Positions 19,321-28,936 of a stretch of 64,000 nt of DNA are shown in pieces (the stretch's first letter is position 1; each line of letters opens with the position of its first letter). Where the stretch lies: NCBI GenBank assembly GCA_046540335.1, contig JBKHFH010000003.1, positions 6,954-70,953 of the forward strand, written 5' to 3'. The translations under genes were made by a program, and so were the position numbers. The notes beneath the pieces are model-generated. The model searched no databases. It was not told where the DNA came from and was given only the letters and a program-made list of their open reading frames with translations. The stretch is from Thermoplasmata archaeon. GTDB lineage: Archaea; Thermoplasmatota; Thermoplasmata; Halarchaeoplasmatales; Halarchaeoplasmataceae.

Positions 19321-19627
19321 TGAAAGTAGTTATACATCCAAGGGTTCAGAAATACATTGAAAATGATAGAGAAATAAAAACTCCTTCCATCCTCAAAAAT
19401 AAAAAATTTTCTGCGGATAGTGGGAAAAAGAAAGACTGGTCAAACATCTAAAAAGATTGGCTGATGGTCCGTATAACAGTAGGAGTGGTGCCGATATCAA
19501 GAAATTAAAAGGAAAAAAACATGATATGTATAGATTGGGGATCGGGGGTCATCGATTCGAGTATTTTGTCGAAGAGGGAAAAGTCTGGATCGATGAAGCT
19601 TTTCAGAGAGGGAGAGGGTATAGATGA
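19321..19627 (+). pseudogene. RelE/ParE-family toxin gene disrupted by a +1 frameshift
   Basis: Frame 1 (19321-19455) encodes MKVVIHPRVQKYIENDREIKTPSILKNKKF...; frame 2 (to 19627) encodes ...IKKLKGKKHDMYRLGIGGHRFEYFVEEGKVWIDEAFQRGRGYR. Joined, these parallel archaeal RelE (MTYRVKIHKQVVKAL...VIKLEGTGDLDLYRARLGDYRVIYSVN...KPRGRAY). The frame switch lies in an A-rich stretch near 19420-19455. Confidence 0.55.
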
Positions 19628-19950
19628 GGTCATACTGCTTAGAAATTTTTTCTATGAACACATACCGGAATCTATATGTGACTGGATAAAGTCGTCTGTA
19701 TTGTCAAAAAAAGGAGTAGAAGCCTCACGCTTCACAACTCTCTCTGCCAATCTTCGGCCTCCGGAGTCATATTGATATTTCTTAATAGAATAAAATGATT
19801 ACGGAAAATATGCAGGGATTCTACCTTACTAACCAGGTAGTTCTATATGATCATCGAGAGCTGTTTTTACGAGGATAGGAACCAAAGACCCCAACACTCA
19901 TTTAATAACTGTGACTCAAGATACGGATTCGGTAAGTTCGAAAGGTCTTC

Positions 19951-20706
19951 CTAAGATTTAACGAAATGATTCCTCAGAGTCCCTATCCCTTCGATCTCTA
20001 TCTCCACCTCATCTCCGTCTTCTATCGGGCTTACTCCGGAAGGTGTTCCAGTAGAGATTATATCGCCTCTCTCCAGGGTTATGTAAGTCGTTATCTCCTC
20101 GATCAATTCGGGTACCGAGAAGGCGAGTTGATCTATCGTAGATCGTTGTTTGACTTCGCCATTAACCACCGCTTTTATCTCAGCGTCTTCAGGCACGTGA
20201 TTTTTCTCAGCAACTACAGGACCGATAGGAGCGGCCTTATCGAAGGCTTTACCTCTCACCCAGTTCTGCTCCACTCTCTGATCGTCTCTATTCGAAAGAT
20301 CGTTGACGCAGGTGAAACCCATCACGTGATCCATCGCTTCCGAACGATCGACACCTTTACATCTCTCTCCGATGACCACGCCCAGCTCGGCCTCATGGTC
20401 TATACGTTCTTTTCCCGCCAAAAGTTCGATGGTCTCCTGGTGAGACGCTACGGTATTAGGGGTCTTCAAAAACAACTTTGGTCTTTCGGGGATCTCTTTC
20501 CCAGTCTCCTCTGCATGATCCTGATAGTTCAATCCTATACATACGAGTTTGGACGGCTTCACCGGAGGGAGTATCTCCACTTCATCACATCTGTAGATGT
20601 TGTCCTCGTGCTCTATCTCGCCACCTTTCATCTCCCCGTGAAGTACCGAGCCGTCTTCATCTCTAAATCTGATCCGTCGCATGTATTTCGTAGTAGAGAA
20701 AATCAT
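19951..20706 (-). CDS. Fumarylacetoacetate hydrolase (FAH) family protein (2-keto-4-pentenoate hydratase / oxaloacetate decarboxylase-like)
   Basis: KLVCIGLNYQDHAEE ... PKLFLK ... DHEAELGVVIG are FAH-fold metal-binding motifs. Confidence 0.8.
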   Translation of the reverse strand: MIFSTTKYMRRIRFRDEDGSVLHGEMKGGEIEHEDNIYRCDEVEILPPVKPSKLVCIGLNYQDHAEETGKEIPERPKLFLKTPNTVASHQETIELLAGKERIDHEAELGVVIGERCKGVDRSEAMDHVMGFTCVNDLSNRDDQRVEQNWVRGKAFDKAAPIGPVVAEKNHVPEDAEIKAVVNGEVKQRSTIDQLAFSVPELIEEITTYITLERGDIISTGTPSGVSPIEDGDEVEIEIEGIGTLRNHFVKS

Positions 20707-20728
20707 ATAAATATTTCTTCACGAAAGA

Positions 20729-21355
20729 TCAGCCTTTTTCAGCTTCTACATAGTTGTTGCCGTTAGAGTGATAAGCCTCCAACACTTCAAGACCGCTTTT
20801 CTTGACGTCCTCTTCAAGCTCATCCAGCTTATAAAGGTGATAGAACCTGTCTACGATCTCACCGCCTTCTCGGTGCCAGGGAACTATCACCTCTCGCTCG
20901 TCTTCCCCTAAATCCCATCTATCGTTCTCTCTCGCCCAGCTCGAAACCAATATCTTCCCTCCTTCTTTCAGCACTCTCTTCGACTCTTTTAGGCTCTTGA
21001 CCCTTCCCTCCTTCAGATGATGGATCGTAGCGATATATATCGCATCATCGAAGCTTTCATCTTTGAACGGAATTGACTTGACTCCGGATCTTACCACCTC
21101 CGCCTCACCCCCGGTCTTTTTCCTGCAGATCTTGAGTAGCTCGCTTGAAGCGTCTACTCCATAAACTTTCAATCCGATGTCTAGAGCTCCAATCAGATGA
21201 CGACCGTTCCCGCATCCTATATCTAAAAGACTTCCTCCACATCCCTCGAAAAACTCGACGACCTCGTTCCAGGGCCGATTCCTCGTTTTGTCGAAGTGCT
21301 CGGCTATCGAATTGAAGGTCTCTGATGCCCTTCTAGCGTCTTCCATATTCACCAA
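20729..21355 (-). CDS. Class I SAM-dependent methyltransferase, Trm9-like tRNA methyltransferase
   Basis: Motif I LLDIGCGNGRHL; N-terminal HFDKTRNRPWNEV resembles the Trm9/ALKBH8 MTase HFS.TR..PWP motif. Confidence 0.5.
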   Translation of the reverse strand: MVNMEDARRASETFNSIAEHFDKTRNRPWNEVVEFFEGCGGSLLDIGCGNGRHLIGALDIGLKVYGVDASSELLKICRKKTGGEAEVVRSGVKSIPFKDESFDDAIYIATIHHLKEGRVKSLKESKRVLKEGGKILVSSWARENDRWDLGEDEREVIVPWHREGGEIVDRFYHLYKLDELEEDVKKSGLEVLEAYHSNGNNYVEAEKG

Positions 21356-21398
21356 AGAAAAAACATAAGTTTTATATTCTCCGGAAAGTTAAATCTAT

Positions 21399-22154
21399 TT
21401 GATGGTTGTTTTCAGAGTCGGTTTGTTAGTAGGGATATGCTCATTCCTCGGCCTCGTCACCTATCGAAGAGGGATGCTGAATGCCGACGGCTCGATAACC
21501 GCTTTCATCATCGGCCTTTTCATCGGTCTCCAGGCCGGTCTCACCCTGATCTTGCTTCTGCTGGTTTTTTTAGCGAGCGCTTTCCTAGCTACAAGATACA
21601 AGTTCGATTACAAAAAGGAAAGAGGTATAGAGGAGGGTTTCAAAGGGGAAAGAGGATGGACCAACGTTCTGGCTAACGGCATCGTACCCGTCTTTATACT
21701 CCTACTTTACAGCTCGGGCAATTTAATAGATTTCGGCTTTCTAGATACGCGCTTTACCATGTTTTTATTCGTACTAGCTGTCGCTGCTGCAGCTTCTGAC
21801 ACACTCGCATCCGAAATAGGTATGGCTTCAGAGAAAGTTTACCTCATAACCACGTTTGAAAAAGTGAAACCGGGTACCAACGGTGGGGTCTCTCTCTACG
21901 GGGAGTTCTGGGCGATGATAGGCTCCTTATATACCTTTTCAGTAGCACAGATGATGTTCTATCTATCGAATCAGCCTATCTTCTCCATCGAAATGCTTTT
22001 ATTCGGTGCTTTCATCGGTTTCTTAAGTTGTCAGATAGATAGCGTACTCGGAGCGACACTAGAGAGGAAAGGAGTACTCAATAAATCACTCGTCAATCTG
22101 TTCGCGATCGCTATATCTGTGACGATATATGGAGGTGTTATCCATGTCTGGTAA
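21399..22154 (+). CDS. DUF92 (TMEM19-like) integral membrane protein
   Basis: Polytopic; conserved KPGTNGGVSLYGE motif typical of the DUF92 family. Confidence 0.5.
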   Translation: MMVVFRVGLLVGICSFLGLVTYRRGMLNADGSITAFIIGLFIGLQAGLTLILLLLVFLASAFLATRYKFDYKKERGIEEGFKGERGWTNVLANGIVPVFILLLYSSGNLIDFGFLDTRFTMFLFVLAVAAAASDTLASEIGMASEKVYLITTFEKVKPGTNGGVSLYGEFWAMIGSLYTFSVAQMMFYLSNQPIFSIEMLLFGAFIGFLSCQIDSVLGATLERKGVLNKSLVNLFAIAISVTIYGGVIHVW

Positions 22155-23364
22155 GATGTTGATGTTTATATTAGACGGGGTTGGAGATAGATCTGTGGAA
22201 GCTTTAGACGGTAAAACTCCTCTTGAAGCGGCCGATACGCCAAATTTGGATTCTTTCGCGAAAGAAGGAGAGAACGGCATCATGGATACGATCGCACCCG
22301 GAATCAGGCCGGGAAGCGATACCGGTCATCTTTCTCTTTTAGGATACGATCCTTATGAGGTATACAGCGGAAGAGGTCCTTTCGAAGCTGCGGGAATAGG
22401 TATGGATCTCGAGCCTCAAGATGTTGCCTTCAGGTGTAATTTTGCGACCCTCGAAGACGGTAAAGTCGTGGACCGAAGAGCCGGGAGGATAAAGGAGGAT
22501 ACGGAGGAATTGTCTGAAGCTGTCAGGGATATCGATTTAGATGTAGACTTTGAATTTGAAAAGGCTGTAGAACACAGATGCGTTTTGGTCTTGAAAGGTG
22601 AAGGATTGGGGGGCGATGTTACCGACGTTGATCCACACCAAGCCGATGTAGAACCTCATAGAGCGTCACCTTTAGAAGATTCTGAAGAGAACGACAGGAC
22701 CGCTAAGATACTAAATGAGTTCGTGGATAAGACCATAGACGTTCTTTCTGACCATCCCGTCAACCAAAGAAGAAGAGAAGAGGGCAAACTCCAGGCTAAT
22801 GTGATCCTCCCTAGAGGAGGGGGCAAAGTTCCAGAGATGGAGGACATAAAATCAAAGCATGGATTGAACGCGGGAGCTATCTCAGGTATACCTCTAGTTA
22901 GAGGGGTTTGTTCATTGGCGGGGATGGATATACAGGTGGTAGATGAAGCCACCGGGGGACTCGACACCGATCCCACTTCTATAATGGAAGCCACCATAGA
23001 GTCTTTCGAAGATCACGATTTTATGATGGTCAATATCAAAGGCTGTGACCTCTCGGGTCACGACGGACTGCCAGAACAGAAAATAGAATTCATAGAAAAG
23101 ATAGATTCATCGATAGGCCGTCTCAAAGAGATAGACGATGTTTATATCGCAATAACTGGCGATCATTCAACACCCGTCACTATCAAAGAGCATAGCGGGG
23201 ATCCCCTTCCACTGACGATATGGGGCAATGATGTCAGAGTTGACGATGTCGAGGAGTTCAATGAAAAAGCTTGCAGTCAAGGCGGTATCAATAGAGTGAG
23301 AGGTAAAGATATACTTAATATCCTGAAGGATCTTGCGAATCGTACGGAAAAATTCGGCGCCTAG
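22144..23364 (+). CDS. apgM: 2,3-bisphosphoglycerate-independent phosphoglycerate mutase, archaeal type (ApgM)
   Basis: MSGKMLMFILDGVGDR N-terminus; metalloenzyme superfamily motifs (GDHSTP, alkaline-phosphatase-like core); about 407 aa. Confidence 0.85.
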   Translation: MSGKMLMFILDGVGDRSVEALDGKTPLEAADTPNLDSFAKEGENGIMDTIAPGIRPGSDTGHLSLLGYDPYEVYSGRGPFEAAGIGMDLEPQDVAFRCNFATLEDGKVVDRRAGRIKEDTEELSEAVRDIDLDVDFEFEKAVEHRCVLVLKGEGLGGDVTDVDPHQADVEPHRASPLEDSEENDRTAKILNEFVDKTIDVLSDHPVNQRRREEGKLQANVILPRGGGKVPEMEDIKSKHGLNAGAISGIPLVRGVCSLAGMDIQVVDEATGGLDTDPTSIMEATIESFEDHDFMMVNIKGCDLSGHDGLPEQKIEFIEKIDSSIGRLKEIDDVYIAITGDHSTPVTIKEHSGDPLPLTIWGNDVRVDDVEEFNEKACSQGGINRVRGKDILNILKDLANRTEKFGA

Positions 23365-23843
23365 CGCTTGTAACCTATAGTTTGAAGGAACTCCTTTCTC
23401 TCTTCCTTATCTTCTTCGTCTTCAACTCCCACAGTCGGGGATCCATCGATGACTCCCATTATCCCTCTCCCGCTCTCAGCATCAGCCACGACTACCTCTA
23501 CTGGATTGGCCGTAGCGCAGTATATCCTGCATACCTCGGGTACGTCTTTCAAAGCTTTCATCACATTTATCGGGAACGCATTTTCCATTAATACAATAAA
23601 GCTGTGTCCCGCGTTTATTTTCTCTGCATTCTCCACAGCAAGATACTCTAGATATTCATCAGTTCCATCGTATCTTATCAGTCTATCTCCAGATGCTTCA
23701 CAGAAAGCAAGTCCAAAATCCATCTCCGGTACTGAAGTGACCATCGCCTCATAGATATCTTCGACGGTCTTTATAAAATGACTTTGCCCTATGATCACAT
23801 TCATCTCCTCGTCTTTCTCAACTTCCACTCTTTCCAATTCCAT
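23361..23843 (-). CDS. Adenosine-specific kinase-like protein (PF04008/DUF355 family)
   Basis: NVIIGQSHFIKTVEDI...FGLAFCEASG...CATANPVEV resembles the archaeal adenosine-specific kinase family as I recall it. Confidence 0.4.
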   Translation of the reverse strand: MELERVEVEKDEEMNVIIGQSHFIKTVEDIYEAMVTSVPEMDFGLAFCEASGDRLIRYDGTDEYLEYLAVENAEKINAGHSFIVLMENAFPINVMKALKDVPEVCRIYCATANPVEVVVADAESGRGIMGVIDGSPTVGVEDEEDKEERKEFLQTIGYKR

Positions 23844-23901
23844 CTCACATCATCTCCGGACACTCATAATCAAAGTTCTAAATAGATTTAACGTAAAGAG
23901 G

Positions 23902-24882
23902 TTAGACGTCGGGTTCTCCCTCTTCATCGTACATCTCATCTTCGGGTTCTTTCACCCATCCGCACCGAATACATTCCTTTTTCCCTTCAAGTAGATGGCC
24001 ACACTCAGGACAGTTATCCTCGAGCTCTTCTTCTTTTTCCTCTAGACCTTCTGTACTCTCACTAATGCTCTTATCCATCCGTCTTTTCAACCACAGGATT
24101 CCGACTCCCAAAAAGAAGAACATCAAAGTAGATATACTCTGCTGAAAGGTGATTATGCCTAGAACGTCTCTTCTGTTCAGAGTGACAGGTCCGAATCCGA
24201 GAGACGTTCTTTCCCAGTCGTAGTCCTCTTCACCACTCATAGATATGTTTCTCTTCAATGAGAAGTAATGATTAAATAGCCTATCTGGAAGGTCAGTCAC
24301 AATCGTAAAAAATTCAACCGTGCCGTTTTTGTCGACATCAGAATCGACCCTTTCCATCATATAGCCATCAAAATCATCTCTCCTTAAACCTTCCACTTGG
24401 GTATAAGATAGATTGGCAAAAACTTTGTAATTTCCTTCAGTATGATTTTCCACGAATTCTTCGCTCAATTCAACAGTGAAATTGAACTTAGTTCCACCGT
24501 CCCCATAAACAGGTTCAACGGTTCCATTAACGAGTTTCCCCTCCGCTGAATCCACCTGTCTGGATGGCCGGCCATAGATGACCTCAGTTTGATAGAAAGC
24601 CATACTGAAAGCTATCAGGATTATCACCGTTAATCCCACAACGATCAATTTTCTGAGTTTATACTCATCATATAGCTTGTAAGGTATCAATATCGCCAAT
24701 ATCGGTATAACTAAATTCATCAGACAGGGGTTCATAAAGATAACCCAGAGGGAGGCGATGAATACCGTAAAGATATAGACTGGGATGGAGAGCCGAGACT
24801 CCCTCACCTCCTTGGTCTTCTCGTTTATCTTTTTTAGCACTCCATCAGACCCTTCATTTTCCATAATTAAACCTTTTATCAC
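23902..24882 (-). CDS. Membrane protein with extracytoplasmic domain and C-terminal cytoplasmic zinc ribbon
   Basis: Three TM helices at the N-terminus, a fourth TM late in the protein, then CPECGHLLEGKKECIRCG Cys4 ribbon and an acidic tail. Confidence 0.45.
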   Translation of the reverse strand: MIKGLIMENEGSDGVLKKINEKTKEVRESRLSIPVYIFTVFIASLWVIFMNPCLMNLVIPILAILIPYKLYDEYKLRKLIVVGLTVIILIAFSMAFYQTEVIYGRPSRQVDSAEGKLVNGTVEPVYGDGGTKFNFTVELSEEFVENHTEGNYKVFANLSYTQVEGLRRDDFDGYMMERVDSDVDKNGTVEFFTIVTDLPDRLFNHYFSLKRNISMSGEEDYDWERTSLGFGPVTLNRRDVLGIITFQQSISTLMFFFLGVGILWLKRRMDKSISESTEGLEEKEEELEDNCPECGHLLEGKKECIRCGWVKEPEDEMYDEEGEPDV

Positions 24883-24901
24883 TCATAATATTTTGAACTA
24901 A

Positions 24902-26248
24902 TTAATCTTTTTGAATAGTGACCCCATGTTTAATTCTTTGACCTGACTTGTAAATATATTCCACTAGATTGACACCGAACCGATAAGGGATGTGTTGATG
25001 GTTTGGTACATCTAAGATCAAAAAGTCCGCTTTTTTTCCTACTTCGATAGAACCTATATCATCTTTGTTCAGTGCTTTAGCCGCATTGAAAGTCGCCGCC
25101 GTCAGAGCTTCGCTGGGAGTCATCTTCATCTGTAAGCATGCAAGAGTTATCACGGACTGCATACTCTCGGTCCAGCAATTCGGATTGAGATCGGTAGCGA
25201 GAGCTATAGCCATGCCTTCCTCTATCATCTTCCTCGCTGGAGAATATTCATCTTCCATAAGCATGAACGGCGTTCCCGGTAAAAGTATACCGATTGTTCC
25301 ACTATCAGCTAACTTCTTTATATCTTCTGCACCGGTCTTGACTAGATGTTCTGCCGATATCGCACCGATATCTGAAGCCATGGAACTGCACCCGATATTT
25401 TCTATCTCGTCGGCGTGTACCCGTGGTCCTAAACCGCTTTCTTTCGCAGTCTCAAGCAGTTTCCTGCTTTCACTGGACGAAAAAACACCTTTTTCGCAGA
25501 ACACGTCGCAGTAGTCGGCGAGATCTCTCTTTATCACTTCGGGCAGGACTTCCTTGATGCAGAAGTCGATGTATTCTCCACTGTCCTCGAACTCTGGAGG
25601 TAGTGAATGCGCCCCAAGATAGGTAGGGACCAGATCAACAGGGTGCTCTTCGTCAAGTTCCTTTATAACCTCTAAAGATTTGATCTCATTTTCTTTGTCC
25701 AGACCATAACCGCTCTTGGCCTCTACGGTGGTCGTTCCGGACCTCATCATACCGTTCAATCTTTTTAAAGACTGCTCTTTCAATTTTTGTTTCGAGGCCC
25801 TCCTTGTAGCTTTTACGGTACTCAGTATGCCGCCGCCTTCTTCCAGTATCTGCATGTAACTCTTACCTTCTATCTTCATCTGAAGTTCTTCTTCTCTCGA
25901 ACCCGCATAGACCAGATGGGTATGAGGATCCACGAATCCTGGTATCAATGTCTTGCCTGAGGCATCGATCACTTTTTCAGCCTCGTATTCATCTCTCAAT
26001 CTCTTAGAATCGCCGACCTCCACTATATTCTCTCCTTTCACCGCCAATGCTCCGTTCTCGATCTTCCCGGTATCTCTCATCTCATCGCCCCTTCTAGCTC
26101 TATCCGGTCCTTGAAGGGTATGCACCTCAGATATGTCCTTGACCAAAATATCTACTTTGTTCAAATCATCACCTCTAATATACCTAGGTTCTTGAGTAAA
26201 AAGTAGCCGAAAACTATGAAACCTATCACTATAGCTATTGTAGCCCAT
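24902..26248 (-). CDS. hutI: Imidazolonepropionase-like amidohydrolase (HutI family)
   Basis: GFVDPHTHLVYAGSREEE and RVHADEIENIG match HutI metal-binding motifs; the true start is probably internal, as 448 aa is long for HutI. Confidence 0.65.
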   Translation of the reverse strand: MGYNSYSDRFHSFRLLFTQEPRYIRGDDLNKVDILVKDISEVHTLQGPDRARRGDEMRDTGKIENGALAVKGENIVEVGDSKRLRDEYEAEKVIDASGKTLIPGFVDPHTHLVYAGSREEELQMKIEGKSYMQILEEGGGILSTVKATRRASKQKLKEQSLKRLNGMMRSGTTTVEAKSGYGLDKENEIKSLEVIKELDEEHPVDLVPTYLGAHSLPPEFEDSGEYIDFCIKEVLPEVIKRDLADYCDVFCEKGVFSSSESRKLLETAKESGLGPRVHADEIENIGCSSMASDIGAISAEHLVKTGAEDIKKLADSGTIGILLPGTPFMLMEDEYSPARKMIEEGMAIALATDLNPNCWTESMQSVITLACLQMKMTPSEALTAATFNAAKALNKDDIGSIEVGKKADFLILDVPNHQHIPYRFGVNLVEYIYKSGQRIKHGVTIQKD

Positions 26249-26344
26249 ATCTGACCTATAGTGATCAGAAGATACAGTTTTGCTTTCTTTTCAGAAGTGT
26301 CAAAATATTTTTCTATCAATTTTTTCAGCCTATCACCGGCTGTT

Positions 26345-26974
26345 TCATGATTCTTCTTCCATCATACTTTTGATCTTCTTTCTTCTGAAAAAATCCTCCC
26401 TCTCTCTCTCCTCCAATTGTCTCTCTATATATTTTATAGTAGCTTCGAGTTTAGGGATGTAATTGTACTCTAAAGAATTAACTCTCCGCTTGGCCTTTTC
26501 GATCTCCTCCGATAATCTATTCAATTTCCCTTCGACCTCTGCAAGTTCTAAAGAGATCCGGATAGCGTCTCTAAAATTCTCAACGGTTTCGTCCAACCTT
26601 ACTGACGTGTCGGCATAGCCATAAAATTTTTCATCAGGGAATTTCGGATGCAATTCTGGAACACTCACCCCCATGATGTTGTCCGATTCGATCTCCACGC
26701 CACCCATCTTCTCTGCTCCTTCTGCAGCACTTTCGATGTCACTAGTCCCCATCACCATCTGTGCCTCGACAAGGCTATCAAAGCTCTCCTCCAGTGTTTT
26801 TTCCAATTTGTCTCTGAGATCCCTTCTCTTATCGACTATCTTGAAGAATTCATTGATGAGAGCGTCCTTTTTCTCGCTGAGAAGGTCGTGACCGTTCTCC
26901 GCCAGTACTTTTCTCTTTTTGATGCGGAGAAGTTCCATCCGGGTCGGTTTGACGTCCTCGAGTCTTTCTGCCAT
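26345..26974 (-). CDS. atpD: A/V-type ATP synthase subunit D
   Basis: MAERLEDVKPTRMELLRIKKRKVLAENGHDLLSEKKDALINEF matches the subunit D N-terminal consensus; 209 aa coiled-coil protein. Confidence 0.85.
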   Translation of the reverse strand: MAERLEDVKPTRMELLRIKKRKVLAENGHDLLSEKKDALINEFFKIVDKRRDLRDKLEKTLEESFDSLVEAQMVMGTSDIESAAEGAEKMGGVEIESDNIMGVSVPELHPKFPDEKFYGYADTSVRLDETVENFRDAIRISLELAEVEGKLNRLSEEIEKAKRRVNSLEYNYIPKLEATIKYIERQLEEREREDFFRRKKIKSMMEEES

Positions 26975-27021
26975 CGTACCAATTGAAGATAAAAAGATGT
27001 ATTATATATTTTCGCCCTTAC

Positions 27022-27522
27022 TCACATTTTCTCATTCAATATATCCAACACCTGGTCTGTCTCGGGCAGCATCTCCTTATTTTCAACTTCTCTCTCTATT
27101 TCATCCAAATCGATAAATTTCGCACTTTCGAACTCCTGGGTGGATAGTTCTATCTTTTTCGGGTCCACTTCGACCTCATAGAGCCGCACGTTCTCTTTTT
27201 CTTCTTCTAACTCTTTGGTGAATGAACCCATCTTTTCGTACCTACTTAGAACTCCGATCTCCTCTTTCATCTCTTTTTCTAAAGCTTCGTCATAGGTCAG
27301 GTCAGAAAGAACGTGGCCTCCAAGAACAATACTCCAGTGACCCGGAAAGAATCTCTTATCCTCGCTCCTACGGGTCATCAGAAGTTTCCCCTCTCGGTTA
27401 AAAACGAAGAACATGACACTCCTGTGCCTCAATCCCTTGTCATGTGCTTCTTTTCTACTCTTGACATCGATCACTTCGTCATCTTCATTCACTATGTCGA
27501 GTTTTTCGGTCATAAGCACCAA
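27022..27522 (-). CDS. NUDIX hydrolase
   Basis: Nudix box GGHVLSDLTYDEALEKEMKEEIGV (G-x5-E-x7-REuxEExGu). Confidence 0.85.
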   Translation of the reverse strand: MVLMTEKLDIVNEDDEVIDVKSRKEAHDKGLRHRSVMFFVFNREGKLLMTRRSEDKRFFPGHWSIVLGGHVLSDLTYDEALEKEMKEEIGVLSRYEKMGSFTKELEEEKENVRLYEVEVDPKKIELSTQEFESAKFIDLDEIEREVENKEMLPETDQVLDILNEKM

Positions 27523-27598
27523 TTAAAGGATAGTTATATCAAAATTGTTTGTATCTAAATGCAAATGTTTAAGTAATTCATTTTTATCGTTTTTGAAG

Positions 27599-28936
27599 AT
27601 GGCAGACAAAGAACAGGAACCATTCGGTATCAAGAGCGTTCTATCGGACCTAAAGATAGTATTAGAGTACAAAGAGCTTTTGATATTGGTCTTCGCGGTC
27701 TTCGTGAGTATGATAGGTTTCGGCCTTATCATGCCTTTCTTACCTATCTATGCAAGACAGTTCGGAGCTACAAAGACTCACGTAGGTTTGATGCTCGGTA
27801 TCTTCTCAATAGTGAAGATCATCATCGCTCCTATCGGGGGGAAAATCGCTGACGTCTATGGGAGAAAACCTGTGATGGTCGGCGGGATGTTCATGTATAT
27901 GGTGGTCATGGGGATGTTCGGTCTAGCTAGTACACTGCCAGAACTTTTTATATATAGAGCTAGCCAGGGAGCAGCCTCAGCTCTCGTTTGGCCGATAGCC
28001 ATGACTTATATCGGGGATGTGGTAAAAGAAAAAGATAGAGGCAAAGCCATGGGTCTATATTCGATGTCCTTCGCCACTGGTAACGCTTTCGGACCTTTGA
28101 TAGGAGGTCTCATCGCTACCTATTATTCTCTTTCTGTGCCGTTCTTCTTCACATCCGGATTAGCAGCGTTAAGTGGGGTTCTTTTGTTATTTGGTGTCAA
28201 GGAATCCTATGAAAGCTCTAAAGCTAGAGGTGACGAGAAAGAAGAATCCATTTCAATATCCGGTCTCAAACAGAAAAAGAGGAAGTACTCGATAAACATA
28301 TTCAAATGGGTATGGAATTACATAAAGAAGATAACTCCTTTCCCGAAGATATTCCTGGGGCTGACAGTCGGATCTTTCACTATCTTTTTTGGATTAGCGA
28401 TGGTTTGGTCGATGTTATCCATATTTGGAGACGAAATCCTAGGACTCAATGAATTTCATATATCTCTAGTTTTCACCCTTATAGGTGTAGTACAGGTCCT
28501 AGTGATGTTCCCCGCAGGTAGTTTATCCGACAGAATAGGAAGGAAAAAACTGATACTGGCGGGAGCAATCTTTTCTGCAATTTTCTCGGGAGTTATAGGC
28601 CTTTCGAACAGCTTCCTCTTCTTGATGGGGGCGGTGGGCATGTACACCGTAGGAAGAGCATTAGCAAGGCCCTCATTTCCGGCTTTTGTGTCTTCTCTCT
28701 CACCTATGAAACATCGAGGGAAGATGATGGGTGTTTACAACTTCGCTCAGAACGCCGCTTTCTTTCTAGGTTCCGCCCTGGGAGGCGGGATAGCTGATCT
28801 TTTGAATCTTAGGTGGCCTTTTTTCGGCGCGATGATAATCGGTCTCTTAGGTGTAGCTTTTATCTATTTCACGGTGAAAGACCCAGATAAAAAGGATTTG
28901 AAAGAATTGGACGATCAGGACAAACTTAACCATTAA
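27599..28936 (+). CDS. Major facilitator superfamily transporter
   Basis: 12 TM; MFS motif-A-like GKIADVYGRKP and DRIGRKK between TM2/3 and TM8/9; start set at the internal MADKEQE. Confidence 0.8.
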   Translation: MADKEQEPFGIKSVLSDLKIVLEYKELLILVFAVFVSMIGFGLIMPFLPIYARQFGATKTHVGLMLGIFSIVKIIIAPIGGKIADVYGRKPVMVGGMFMYMVVMGMFGLASTLPELFIYRASQGAASALVWPIAMTYIGDVVKEKDRGKAMGLYSMSFATGNAFGPLIGGLIATYYSLSVPFFFTSGLAALSGVLLLFGVKESYESSKARGDEKEESISISGLKQKKRKYSINIFKWVWNYIKKITPFPKIFLGLTVGSFTIFFGLAMVWSMLSIFGDEILGLNEFHISLVFTLIGVVQVLVMFPAGSLSDRIGRKKLILAGAIFSAIFSGVIGLSNSFLFLMGAVGMYTVGRALARPSFPAFVSSLSPMKHRGKMMGVYNFAQNAAFFLGSALGGGIADLLNLRWPFFGAMIIGLLGVAFIYFTVKDPDKKDLKELDDQDKLNH

